This document shows positions 25,852 to 34,359 of a DNA stretch of 34,359 nucleotides, piece after piece. The notes under the pieces were generated by a model that ran no database searches, was not told the origin of the DNA, and was given only the letters and a program-made list of their open reading frames with translations. How positions within the stretch are numbered: position 1 is the stretch's first letter; each line of letters starts with the position of its first letter. The DNA comes from Endomicrobiaceae bacterium (GTDB lineage Bacteria > Elusimicrobiota > Endomicrobiia > Endomicrobiales > Endomicrobiaceae). The stretch spans positions 1 through 34,359 of the forward strand of contig JBAYZJ010000001.1 in the NCBI GenBank assembly GCA_041672565.1, in the 5' to 3' direction. The translations under genes and the position numbers were made by a program.

Positions 25852-27117
25852 ATGGAACAAAATGAAATAAAACAACTGGTTGTTAAAAAGGTTTCAGCCG
25901 CAAAAATAGCTTCTCAAAAACTCGGATTGATGAGTTTTAAGCAAAAAAATGCGATACTTTTGGCTATAGCAGACGGCTTGGAAAAAAATATTAAAGAAAT
26001 AATATTTCATAATGATATAGACGTTGAAGCCGCAAAAGACGCCGGGCTTGATAAAGCTTTAATAGACAGACTTAAGCTTACAGATAAAAGAATCGCCGAT
26101 ATGATAGAAGGCGTCAGAAATATTGTTAAGCAAGAGGATCCTGTAGGTGAAATTATAGAAAAAAGAACTGTCAACGGTAATTTAAATATTCAAAAAGTCA
26201 GAGTCCCTCTCGGGACAATAGCTATGATATATGAATCAAGGCCTAATGTTACCGTAGATGCGTCGGCTTTATGTATTAAATCAGGAAATTCAATTATCTT
26301 AAGAGGCGGATCTGAGGCTATAAATTCAAATAAAATACTGGCAAATATTATTTCTTCTTCCGGAGAATCTGCAGGAATGCCAGCAGGCGCCGTCACTCTT
26401 ATAGATATTGTTGACAGAAATGCCGTTTCAGAATTAATCAAATTGGATAAATTGATAGATTTATTAATCCCTAGAGGCGGGGAGAAAATGATAGATTTTA
26501 TTAAACAGCATTCTACAATTCCTATTCTTTCCCACGGAAGCGGGCTTTGCCATACTTATATTGATAAAGAAGCGGATATTAATATGGCGGTTAAAATTTC
26601 GGTCAATGCAAAATGTCAGAGACCCGGCGTTTGTAATGCTACGGAAACAGTTTTGGTCCACAGAGATATTGCCGGAAAAGTTTTGCCTGTATTGTGCAAA
26701 CAGTATGAAATGCTTGGAGTCGAAATCAGGGGGTGTAAACTTACAAAGGAAATAGTCGGCAATGTCATAGACGCCGTTGAAGAAGACTGGATGACCGAAT
26801 ATCACAGCCTTATAATTTCGATAAAGGTAGTTAATTCGTTGGAGGATGCAATAGCCCACATTAACAGATATGGATCTTCGCATTCCGATTCAATAATTAC
26901 AAACAGCAAAGACAGGGCGGAGAAATTTTTAAAAGAAGTTGACAGCGCGGCTGTTTTTCATAATGTTTCCACAAGACTGCATGACGGAAGTGTTTTTGGT
27001 TTGGGAGCGGAAATAGGCATTTCAACAAATAAGCTTCATGCAAGAGGCGTAATGGGGGCGAAAGAGCTCACAACAACAAAATTTATTGTCAGAGGTAACG
27101 GGAATATAAGAGAATAA
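25852..27117 (+). CDS. proA: Gamma-glutamyl phosphate reductase
   Basis: 421 aa. VPLGTIAMIYESRPNVTVDA, ILRGGSEA, CNATETVLVH (catalytic Cys), HINRYGSSHSD and ASTRLHDG-like motifs. The ATG immediately follows the aconitase stop. Confidence 0.93.
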   Translation: MEQNEIKQLVVKKVSAAKIASQKLGLMSFKQKNAILLAIADGLEKNIKEIIFHNDIDVEAAKDAGLDKALIDRLKLTDKRIADMIEGVRNIVKQEDPVGEIIEKRTVNGNLNIQKVRVPLGTIAMIYESRPNVTVDASALCIKSGNSIILRGGSEAINSNKILANIISSSGESAGMPAGAVTLIDIVDRNAVSELIKLDKLIDLLIPRGGEKMIDFIKQHSTIPILSHGSGLCHTYIDKEADINMAVKISVNAKCQRPGVCNATETVLVHRDIAGKVLPVLCKQYEMLGVEIRGCKLTKEIVGNVIDAVEEDWMTEYHSLIISIKVVNSLEDAIAHINRYGSSHSDSIITNSKDRAEKFLKEVDSAAVFHNVSTRLHDGSVFGLGAEIGISTNKLHARGVMGAKELTTTKFIVRGNGNIRE

Positions 27118-27140
27118 AATATGATTAAATTTTAGGGGGC

Positions 27141-28139
27141 ATGATGGAAGAAAAGATCAACATTGACGAATTGGATGATAAGATAAAACAGGAAAGCGCC
27201 ACAATATCAAAACTTGTCGAAGAAATAGGACATGTTTTGGTAGGTCAAAAATATGTCCTTGAAAGAATGTTAATAGGTCTTTTGGCAGACGGGCATATAT
27301 TGCTTGAAGGTTTGCCGGGTCTTGCTAAAACTTTAGCCGTAAACTCTTTGGCAAATGCAATACAGGCAGATTTTAAAAGAGTTCAGTTTACTCCTGATTT
27401 ACTCCCTGCGGATTTAATAGGAACATTAATTTATAATCCTCAAAGCGGAAATTTTTCAGTAAAAAAAGGCCCTATTTTTACAAATATTGTTCTTGCCGAC
27501 GAAATAAACAGATCTCCCGCAAAAGTTCAAAGCGCGCTTCTTGAAGCGATGGCTGAAAGACAGGTTACAATAAGCGATACCACCTATGTTTTACCGACTC
27601 CGTTTTTGGTTATGGCCACTCAAAATCCTATAGAACAGGAAGGAACATATCCTTTGCCTGAAGCGCAGCTTGACAGATTTATGCTTAAACTCAATGTGGT
27701 TTATCCTAATATAAAAGATGAAAAAATTATACTTGAAAGAATGACTCAAAAAACTAAAGTTAAAGCGACTCCTGTTCTTTCGCTGGATGATGTGCAAAAA
27801 TCAAAAGATTTAGTTCATGAAATATATGTTGATGATAAAATAAAGGATTATATAGTAGATATAGTATTTGCCACAAGACAACCTGAAGAATACGGTTTAA
27901 ATGAATTAAAATCTCTTATATCTATAGGCGGTTCTCCTAGAGCCACGATAAATCTTACCCTTGCTTCAAAAGCATATGCATTCCTTCAAGGCAGAAGTTT
28001 TGTTATTCCGGAAGATGTAAAAATAATAGGACAGGATGTTTTAAGACACAGAATAATTCTTACTTATGAAGCCGAAGCGGAATCTTTAAAAACTGACGAT
28101 ATTATCAAAAGAGTATTTGAAGGCGTTCCAATACCTTAA
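27141..28139 (+). CDS. moxR: MoxR-family AAA+ ATPase
   Basis: Walker A LEGLPGLAKT, Walker B VLADEINR, ATQNPIEQEGTYPLPEAQLDRF, and C-terminal GGSPRA. SD AGGGGG lies upstream. Confidence 0.92.
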   Translation: MMEEKINIDELDDKIKQESATISKLVEEIGHVLVGQKYVLERMLIGLLADGHILLEGLPGLAKTLAVNSLANAIQADFKRVQFTPDLLPADLIGTLIYNPQSGNFSVKKGPIFTNIVLADEINRSPAKVQSALLEAMAERQVTISDTTYVLPTPFLVMATQNPIEQEGTYPLPEAQLDRFMLKLNVVYPNIKDEKIILERMTQKTKVKATPVLSLDDVQKSKDLVHEIYVDDKIKDYIVDIVFATRQPEEYGLNELKSLISIGGSPRATINLTLASKAYAFLQGRSFVIPEDVKIIGQDVLRHRIILTYEAEAESLKTDDIIKRVFEGVPIP

Positions 28140-28144
28140 AAATT

Positions 28145-29044
28145 ATGGATAACAATATGAATTCATCAGATATTGTCAAAAAGAAAATAAGACACATAGA
28201 AATCCGCTCAAATCGTTTGGTAAACGAAGGTCTTGGCGGGAAATATCAAAGTACTTTTAAAGGCAGAGGCATGGAATTTGCCGAAGTAAGAGAATATCAG
28301 CATGGCGATGATGTAAGAAATATCGACTGGAATGTTACTGCAAGGCAGCAAAAGCCTTTTGTAAAAGTTTTTACCGAAGAAAGAGAAATGACAGTCGTAT
28401 TTCTTATAGATATGTCCGCATCTCAATCTTTCGGAAGTTTAAATCAGACAAAAGTATCTTTGGCTGCGGAAGTAGTTTCAGTCCTTGCTTTTTCAGCAAT
28501 CAAAAATAATGACAGAGTCGGCATGCTGTCGTTTACGGATTCAATAGAACATGTTATCCGCCCTAAAAAAGGTAAAAATAATATTTTAAGAATGGTTAAT
28601 GAATTATTGTCTTTTAAGCCTAAGGGAGTTAAAACATCCATTTCTACAGGGCTTAAAGCTATAAATGAAATATGGCGTAAAAAAGCAGTTATTTTTTTAG
28701 TTTCGGATTTTAAGGATATAGGGTATGAAAAAGATTTAATGCTGACTTCAAAAAGACATGATTTAATATGTATTAACATTTCCGACCCCAGAGAGAAAAA
28801 TATGCCTGATATAGGCATGATAGATTTTTATGACGCCGAGTATAATAAAGTTTACACTATAGATTCTTCAAGTAAAAAGATGATGAAAGCTTATTATGCC
28901 AGAATGGAAGAATTAGAAAATAATAAAAAAGAAATATTTCAAAAATCTTCTGTTGATGTCATAAATTTAACTACAGGCGAAACTTATTTGCCTCAGCTGG
29001 TTAAATTTTTCAGCAACAGGCAGAAAAGGAAAATGTTAGGATAA
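28145..29044 (+). CDS. DUF58 domain protein (vWA-like partner of MoxR)
   Basis: GMEFAEVREYQHGDDVRNIDWNVTAR and FLIDMSASQSF are typical DUF58 motifs. It sits in the canonical position right after moxR. Confidence 0.85.
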   Translation: MDNNMNSSDIVKKKIRHIEIRSNRLVNEGLGGKYQSTFKGRGMEFAEVREYQHGDDVRNIDWNVTARQQKPFVKVFTEEREMTVVFLIDMSASQSFGSLNQTKVSLAAEVVSVLAFSAIKNNDRVGMLSFTDSIEHVIRPKKGKNNILRMVNELLSFKPKGVKTSISTGLKAINEIWRKKAVIFLVSDFKDIGYEKDLMLTSKRHDLICINISDPREKNMPDIGMIDFYDAEYNKVYTIDSSSKKMMKAYYARMEELENNKKEIFQKSSVDVINLTTGETYLPQLVKFFSNRQKRKMLG

Positions 29045-29045
29045 A

Positions 29046-29987
29046 ATGAGCAGATATAAATTGATTTTAGTTTTTTTTATATTGTTCTTTTCTTCGGTAA
29101 ATATTTTTTCTTTTGTAACATTTCCAAAGGCTGTTTTAGTCTCTGACAAAAGCGATATCGTTACGGGAGAAAAAGTAAAAGTCAGAATAGAAATTTTTAT
29201 ACCTTCTTTTGCCAGGCTTCTGCAAAATGAAGACGATATAATTATTGACGGGTGGGATATTTTAGACTTATCGTTTAAAAAAGACGTGATACAAAAAGAC
29301 AGATATATTATTGATATGGATATAACCACATTTGATGTAGGAGTAACGGAAATACCCCAGATAGGTTTTTACTATACTAATAAAGATGATTCTGATAATG
29401 CGGAAAAATTTGTTTTTTTCAGTAATTCCGTTCCGGTAAATGTTAAGAGCCTTTTTAAAAAGAATGAATTTAAGACAATACGTGATATTAAATATCCAAG
29501 AGCGTTGTCTGTTCCTTTAATATATTACATAATAGCATTCTTGTTTTTGATTTATGTAATATTTTTTTCATACAGAAACGTGCTAAGGGACAAAATATTA
29601 AATGTAATCAAAATGAACGGATTTACGCCCGGAGAGGTAGCTTTGAGAAAATTAAATAATTTGCACATTGAGGAAGAGTGTTCAAAAAAACATCTTAAAG
29701 AATATTATTTTCTGACGAGCAATATTTTTAAGCAATTTATTATAAAAGCATCAAATTTTCACCGCAAGGAAATCACGACGACCGAGTTATTGGAATTGCT
29801 TCGAGATAAAAATAATTTTTTAAACGGATATTTTGATGAAATTGATTCGTTGTTTAAAAGTTATGACAATGCTAAATATTCCGATAATATGCTTAATAAA
29901 GAAACTTTTTTGAATGTTTTTAGACAAACAAAGCAAATTGTCGAAAATTATCAGCAGCATATAAGTGAAAAAGAAGAAACGAAATAA
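29046..29987 (+). CDS. Bitopic membrane protein: BatD-N-like exported domain + TM + DUF4381-like cytoplasmic tail
   Basis: Signal peptide MSRYKLILVFFILFFSSVNIFSF. A beta-rich segment (VSDKSDIVTGEKVKVRIEIFIP...VGVTEIPQIGFYY) resembles the BatD 'oxygen tolerance' N-domain. Central TM helix LIYYIIAFLFLIYVIFFSY. The tail with EYYFLTSNIFKQFI...EITTTELLELL resembles DUF4381. All resemblances are from memory. Confidence 0.5.
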   Translation: MSRYKLILVFFILFFSSVNIFSFVTFPKAVLVSDKSDIVTGEKVKVRIEIFIPSFARLLQNEDDIIIDGWDILDLSFKKDVIQKDRYIIDMDITTFDVGVTEIPQIGFYYTNKDDSDNAEKFVFFSNSVPVNVKSLFKKNEFKTIRDIKYPRALSVPLIYYIIAFLFLIYVIFFSYRNVLRDKILNVIKMNGFTPGEVALRKLNNLHIEEECSKKHLKEYYFLTSNIFKQFIIKASNFHRKEITTTELLELLRDKNNFLNGYFDEIDSLFKSYDNAKYSDNMLNKETFLNVFRQTKQIVENYQQHISEKEETK

Positions 29988-29999
29988 GGAGCATTATAA

Positions 30000-30998
30000 A
30001 TGCATTTTGCCTCGCCTATATTTTTTTTATTGTTTCCGATTCTTTTTATAGTATTAGTATATGTGTATATGAGAAATAAAAGTAAAAGAAAAAATTTAAT
30101 AAATTTTTCTCAGTATGACATAGTTAACGGTATTAAAAAATCAAAAAAAATAAAACTCTATCCTTTGGTAAAAGTAATTAATTATTTAATATTCATAATC
30201 TTTATAATCGCTCTTGCAAGACCTCAAATAGGCGAAAAGACGGAAGATGTCCTTAATCAGGGAGCGGATATAATTATTGCTTTGGATATATCATCCAGTA
30301 TGGAGGCTCTTGATTTTGAACCTGTTAACAGACTTGAAGCCGCAAAAAAAATTGCGGTCGATTTTGTAAAAACAAGAACTCATGACAGAATAGGACTTGT
30401 TTTCTTTTCCGGTTTGGCGTTTACGCAGTCGCCGTTGACAAACGATATAAGCAGCGTTACAAAACTTTTGAATGCGGCGGCGACAAATATGAGTTCGATA
30501 GACGGTACTGCGATAGGATCCGCCATAGTTACGGCAACAAACAGATTAAAAGACAGCGAGGCTAAAAGTAAAATTATAATACTTATTACCGACGGGGCTA
30601 ACAATATAGGCGAAGTTGATCCGATAACGGCAGGAGAAATTGCCAAAAGTCTTGGAATAAAGATATACGCGATAGGCGCAGGCGATCCAGAAGGAGCATA
30701 TTATCAGGTTATGGATCCTGTTTCCGGAATGAAACTTGTGAAAGTAGAAGAACAGGACCTTGATGAGGAAACTCTCACATCTATTGCGGAAATGACGGGA
30801 GGACAGTATTTTAGGGCGAATAATACAAAAATGCTGGAAAGTATTATCAAAGAAATAGATAAATTGGAAAAAACGGAAGTGCAGTCTTTAAATTTCACAA
30901 GCTATGAAGAAGTTTTTGATAAATTTATTTTGTGTTTGCTGTGTCTTTTGATTTTAAAAATTTTATTGGAAAATGTTTTTCTAAGGAAGTTAACATAA
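30000..30998 (+). CDS. batA: vWA-domain membrane protein, BatA-like
   Basis: BatA-type N-terminus (FASPIFFLLFPILFIVLVYVY), a second TM helix, the vWA MIDAS motif IIALDISSSM, ILITDGANN, a C-terminal TM helix. SD AAGGAG lies upstream. Confidence 0.82.
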   Translation: MHFASPIFFLLFPILFIVLVYVYMRNKSKRKNLINFSQYDIVNGIKKSKKIKLYPLVKVINYLIFIIFIIALARPQIGEKTEDVLNQGADIIIALDISSSMEALDFEPVNRLEAAKKIAVDFVKTRTHDRIGLVFFSGLAFTQSPLTNDISSVTKLLNAAATNMSSIDGTAIGSAIVTATNRLKDSEAKSKIIILITDGANNIGEVDPITAGEIAKSLGIKIYAIGAGDPEGAYYQVMDPVSGMKLVKVEEQDLDEETLTSIAEMTGGQYFRANNTKMLESIIKEIDKLEKTEVQSLNFTSYEEVFDKFILCLLCLLILKILLENVFLRKLT

Positions 30999-30999
30999 T

Positions 31000-32001
31000 A
31001 TGTTTGAGAATAAAGAATTTTTAAATTTATTGTTTTTTGTTCCCGTTATCGCGTTTGTTTTGTTTTATTTTTTTTACAGAAAAAGAAAAAATATTGCAAA
31101 ATTTGCCGATTTTGAAATTCTGAGTAAAATATCAAAATTAAATATAGCCGCTTATAAACTTAAAATTATTTTACTTGTTTTATCGTTAATTTTTGTAATC
31201 ATAGCATTGGCAAGGCCGCAGTACGGCGCTAAAACTACTCTTATATCAAAAAAAGCGGCTACTATTGTTATTGTTATGGACGTATCTAAAAGCATGCTGG
31301 CTGAAGATTTAAGGCCTAACAGACTTGAAGCTTCAAAACAGGTATTGTCAAATCTTATAGCGGGATTTAACGGAAATAAAATAGGTATAGTCGTTTTTGC
31401 CGGAACGGCTTTTTGGAAATGTCCGATGACTCTTGATGTCTTTTCAGCAAATAATTTTTTAAAATCAATCAGTATTGACGATATGCCTCTTGGAGGAACA
31501 AAAATAGCTAAAGCGCTTGATTTGGCGTTAAACGGCACAGCGGATATTCCGGAAGGAGCAAAAGCTATTATTCTTGTGACGGACGGAGAAGATGACGAGA
31601 GCGGACTGCATGTACTTATAGAAAAAGCGAAAAAATATAAGACAAAGGTATATACCATAGGAATCGGCGATCCGGAAGGTTCAAGGATTCCTATAAGAGA
31701 TCAGAATGGATACACTGATTTTCTTAAAGATGAAAACGGCAATATTGTAATAACAAAGCTTGACGAAGATACATTGCATTATATAGCTGATGAAACAGGC
31801 GGGGAATATATAAACCTTTCTGAAAATAAAGATTCTATATTTAAGATACTGCAGATTGCGCATTCTTTAGATAAGGCTAAAGATGAAGCAAGCAAAGAAG
31901 TCCGTAGGGAAGAAAAATATCAGGCGTTTCTTTTTATGGCTTTTGTTTTTTTCTTTTTTGCGGTATATTTGCCCGTTTTTAAAGAAGGTAATAATGACTA
32001 A
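31000..32001 (+). CDS. batB: vWA-domain membrane protein, BatB-like
   Basis: Two N-terminal TM helices, MIDAS motif VIVMDVSKSM, ILVTDGEDD, IGIGDPEG, a C-terminal TM helix. The ATG lies 1 nt after the batA stop. Confidence 0.82.
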   Translation: MFENKEFLNLLFFVPVIAFVLFYFFYRKRKNIAKFADFEILSKISKLNIAAYKLKIILLVLSLIFVIIALARPQYGAKTTLISKKAATIVIVMDVSKSMLAEDLRPNRLEASKQVLSNLIAGFNGNKIGIVVFAGTAFWKCPMTLDVFSANNFLKSISIDDMPLGGTKIAKALDLALNGTADIPEGAKAIILVTDGEDDESGLHVLIEKAKKYKTKVYTIGIGDPEGSRIPIRDQNGYTDFLKDENGNIVITKLDEDTLHYIADETGGEYINLSENKDSIFKILQIAHSLDKAKDEASKEVRREEKYQAFLFMAFVFFFFAVYLPVFKEGNND

Positions 32002-34359
32002 AATTAAATTTGCCGTATTAATAATTCTTAGTTTATGCATTTTACTTATTTATCATTATGTAATAAGCATAAAAAAAGAGAATAATTATGCCGTTATTGA
32101 TTTTCAGGTTGAAAATTTTAAAGAGGCATTGAGCAAATTTAAAAATCTTATTGTAAAAAGAGATAAAAACTATGTTTTAAAGTTTAACTATGCAAATACG
32201 GAATTAAAATTCGGAAATTATGACAAAGCCGCGTCAGTTTATGAAAAATTACTGCAAAATAATAATATTGACGGGTTTCTCAAATCAGAAATCTATTACA
32301 ATCTTGGCAATATATATTTTATGGGAGAAGATTACGAAAAAGCATTATCTTATTATAAAACTTCCTTAAATTTCAATCCGGATGATCTTGATGCAAAATT
32401 TAATATTGAATATATATCAAATATGTTTAGAAAAATGGAAGACTTGAGGGAATTAATAGAAGAAATGAAGAAAGATTTACTTCAGCAAAAAGTTGATTTT
32501 ACGGAAAAAAAAGAGCAGCTTAATAATAACCTGAATAATATCGCATTGCAGAAAGAAGAGAAGTCAAAAGAAACGGAACAGCTGCACGAAAAAGCGGAGG
32601 AATTAAAACAAGAAGCCAGTCAGGATATTAAGAATGAAGTTCAAAATTTATTAGAAGAAAAACAATCTCTTTCGGAACAGAAAAATAAAATCGAAGAAAA
32701 AATAAAAGCTAATGAAACTTCATCCCGGAAGTATGAAAATTCTTTTGCAATGTCAAAAGACAGCCTTACAAGCGAAATGCAAAAAAATTCCGATAAAAAT
32801 TATGAAAAAATGTCTTCTTTTGAACAGAAAAAGCAAGAACTTGAACAAAAATTAAAAGCGAATATGGAGCAAACCAATAAAAAAATTGAAATGTTGGATA
32901 ATATGGAAGAAGATATTGTACAAGAAGTTGTAAGACCTGAAAAAGTTGTTAATCCTAAAAAAATAATAGAAGCATATATGAAGAGACAGTTCAACGACGA
33001 AAAGAAATTTTTGATAGAAGAAGAAAAAGACACGATTATAAGGAATCTTAATACTGATGATTATACGAATGAAAAAGATTTGGCTGAGGAGCAAAAAGAT
33101 ATTATTTACAATGATCCTAATGCCGTGTATGATCCTAAGTCGCAAAAGTCTAAATATGCATATGAACATGAAGATATTATTGCGTCTACCGGCAATCCTT
33201 CGGGAGGGAAAACATCTTCAAGCAATAATCCTAATAATAACACTGTAAGCAGGCAGGAAGAAGACAGTCAAAATTCTGATTTTTCACAGGAACAAAAAGA
33301 CAATCAATATGTCAGAAACACATTGCAGCAGATAAGTCTTCAAAAGCAGGAAGTGCTTGCAAAAGAATCTCAGAATCAGGCGGGCATGCTGAATGAAATG
33401 TATCAGTTGAATCAGGAAATGGCTGAAGAAAACATGCAGCAGATGGGACAATTGTCGCAGCAGCAAAGTCAGATGAAGCAATCATTGGATGAACTTTTAA
33501 AAGAAAAACAGGATGTAAATAATGCCATGCAGAAGACAGAGAATATTCAAGATAAACAACAGTTAAAAAGCCAAATGCAAAGTCTGGAAGGAAAAGAGAA
33601 GTCTTTAAAAAAAGAGCTGGATAATATATCAAATGACATGAAGTCGTTGAGCGATAAACAAGAGAAAATGAATATGGATATTGCAAAAAATATGCTTGAT
33701 CTTAAAGATAACGTTTTGGACAAACAATTGCAAACGGCACAAAAAATGGGTAAAACATCCGAGTTATTGGAAGAAATGCAGAAAAAACAATCCGAATTGT
33801 CACAAAAACAGGACGAACTTCTTAATCAGGCAAAAAGTGAAGAATTAAATTCTTTAACGTCAAAAGTCATGGATTATGAACGCAAAATAGATAATACAAT
33901 AATGCTTCAGAAACATTCCGCCGAACAAAAAGATGTTATATCCCAACAATATAAAAATCAATTGGATTTATTAACGGAGCAGTTTAATAAGTTAAAAAAC
34001 ATAACTAAAAATAATGATTTAGAACAATATAAATCTTTCCTCGAAAAAGAAAAACAGAATGCAAACAGACAAAAAGAAAAGAGTGAACGGGAAAAAACTA
34101 AATTTGAAGAATTGCAGGAAACTTTAAACAATAAGACAAAAGCAAAAAAAGAGGAACAGTTGCTGTCTTCAGTGCATCAGCAAAATATTAAACAGATTGA
34201 AGAATTTGAAAATTATAATAAACAAGTTGATAAACAGGTTTTGGAAATGTCTAAAAAAGCCAAATCGGAAAAAACTTTGTCAGACAAAAGCAAAGATATT
34301 GAAAAACAGTTTAAAGAAATATCGAAAGAAAAAATGAATATAAACGTGCAAAAAAAAGA
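31994..34359 (+). CDS. BatC-like TM + TPR protein fused to a >650-aa Q/K/E/N-rich coiled-coil region (3' end runs off the window)
   Basis: Absent from the ORF track because there is no stop. I checked every codon from the ATG at 31994 to 34359 (788 codons) and found no in-frame stop. N-terminus MTKIKFAVLIILSLCILLIYHYVI (TM helix). TPR segment YYNLGNIYFMGEDYEKALSYYKTSLNFNPDD. After that the sequence is heptad-like, e.g. EELKQEASQDIKNEVQNLLEEKQSLSEQKNKIEEKIK and QQMGQLSQQQSQMKQSLDELLKEKQ. It overlaps the batB stop by 8 nt. Confidence 0.8.
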   Translation, partial: MTKIKFAVLIILSLCILLIYHYVISIKKENNYAVIDFQVENFKEALSKFKNLIVKRDKNYVLKFNYANTELKFGNYDKAASVYEKLLQNNNIDGFLKSEIYYNLGNIYFMGEDYEKALSYYKTSLNFNPDDLDAKFNIEYISNMFRKMEDLRELIEEMKKDLLQQKVDFTEKKEQLNNNLNNIALQKEEKSKETEQLHEKAEELKQEASQDIKNEVQNLLEEKQSLSEQKNKIEEKIKANETSSRKYENSFAMSKDSLTSEMQKNSDKNYEKMSSFEQKKQELEQKLKANMEQTNKKIEMLDNMEEDIVQEVVRPEKVVNPKKIIEAYMKRQFNDEKKFLIEEEKDTIIRNLNTDDYTNEKDLAEEQKDIIYNDPNAVYDPKSQKSKYAYEHEDIIASTGNPSGGKTSSSNNPNNNTVSRQEEDSQNSDFSQEQKDNQYVRNTLQQISLQKQEVLAKESQNQAGMLNEMYQLNQEMAEENMQQMGQLSQQQSQMKQSLDELLKEKQDVNNAMQKTENIQDKQQLKSQMQSLEGKEKSLKKELDNISNDMKSLSDKQEKMNMDIAKNMLDLKDNVLDKQLQTAQKMGKTSELLEEMQKKQSELSQKQDELLNQAKSEELNSLTSKVMDYERKIDNTIMLQKHSAEQKDVISQQYKNQLDLLTEQFNKLKNITKNNDLEQYKSFLEKEKQNANRQKEKSEREKTKFEELQETLNNKTKAKKEEQLLSSVHQQNIKQIEEFENYNKQVDKQVLEMSKKAKSEKTLSDKSKDIEKQFKEISKEKMNINVQKK

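Noticed and set aside
1-34359. Scanned for CRISPR repeats, tRNA/rRNA-like segments, IS terminal inverted repeats, integrase/transposase/recombinase ORFs, toxin-antitoxin pairs and known defence-system domains.
   Set aside because: None were seen. Non-coding DNA totals only a few hundred nt, and every long ORF is accounted for by the features listed. A visual scan cannot exclude short sRNAs or degenerate repeats.

Overview
AT-rich bacterial chromosomal segment, almost entirely coding (Lys/Asn/Ile-rich proteins, AGA-biased Arg; hand-counted 60-nt lines range from about 13% to 50% G+C). Minus strand, 1-4747: one tightly packed operon, thiE-thiC-thrB-lysC-cimA, with cimA running off the left edge. 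Plus strand, 4881-34359: 27 co-directional genes with very short or overlapping junctions. In order they are:
- a DUF116-like Cys-rich protein, a DEAD-box RNA helicase and an FmdB-type zinc ribbon;
- an MTAN/PNP-fold nucleosidase-like gene overlapping an SPL-family radical SAM gene, then a TPR lipoprotein;
- valS and rph-rdgB;
- a consensus promoter, pyrD-pyrF-pyrE-purM and a terminator;
- purN, a membrane-anchored SGNH-like hydrolase, purB, a ~1070-aa orphan with GH94-like motifs and a terminator;
- an Aquifex-type aconitase and proA;
- a Bat-type MoxR/DUF58/vWA locus whose last gene is a BatC-like TPR protein fused to a >650-aa coiled coil that runs off the right edge.
cimA and the last Bat gene are missing from the supplied ORF track because they are open-ended; I translated both by hand. 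I found no rRNA, tRNA, CRISPR array, transposase, integrase, toxin-antitoxin pair or recognisable phage-defence gene. This reads as core chromosome of a compact genome, not an accessory island. The best candidates for undescribed biology are: (1) the Bat locus with its coiled-coil extended BatC-like gene and a BatD-N/DUF4381-like fusion; (2) the translationally coupled nucleosidase-like/SPL-like radical SAM pair; (3) the 1070-aa GH94-like orphan; (4) the AT-rich SGNH-like gene wedged between purN and purB. All functional calls rest on motif recognition by eye, with no database search run. Lineage cannot be resolved from this window; Bat operon, CimA and Aquifex-type aconitase fit spirochaete-, Elusimicrobia- or Bacteroidota-like lineages.
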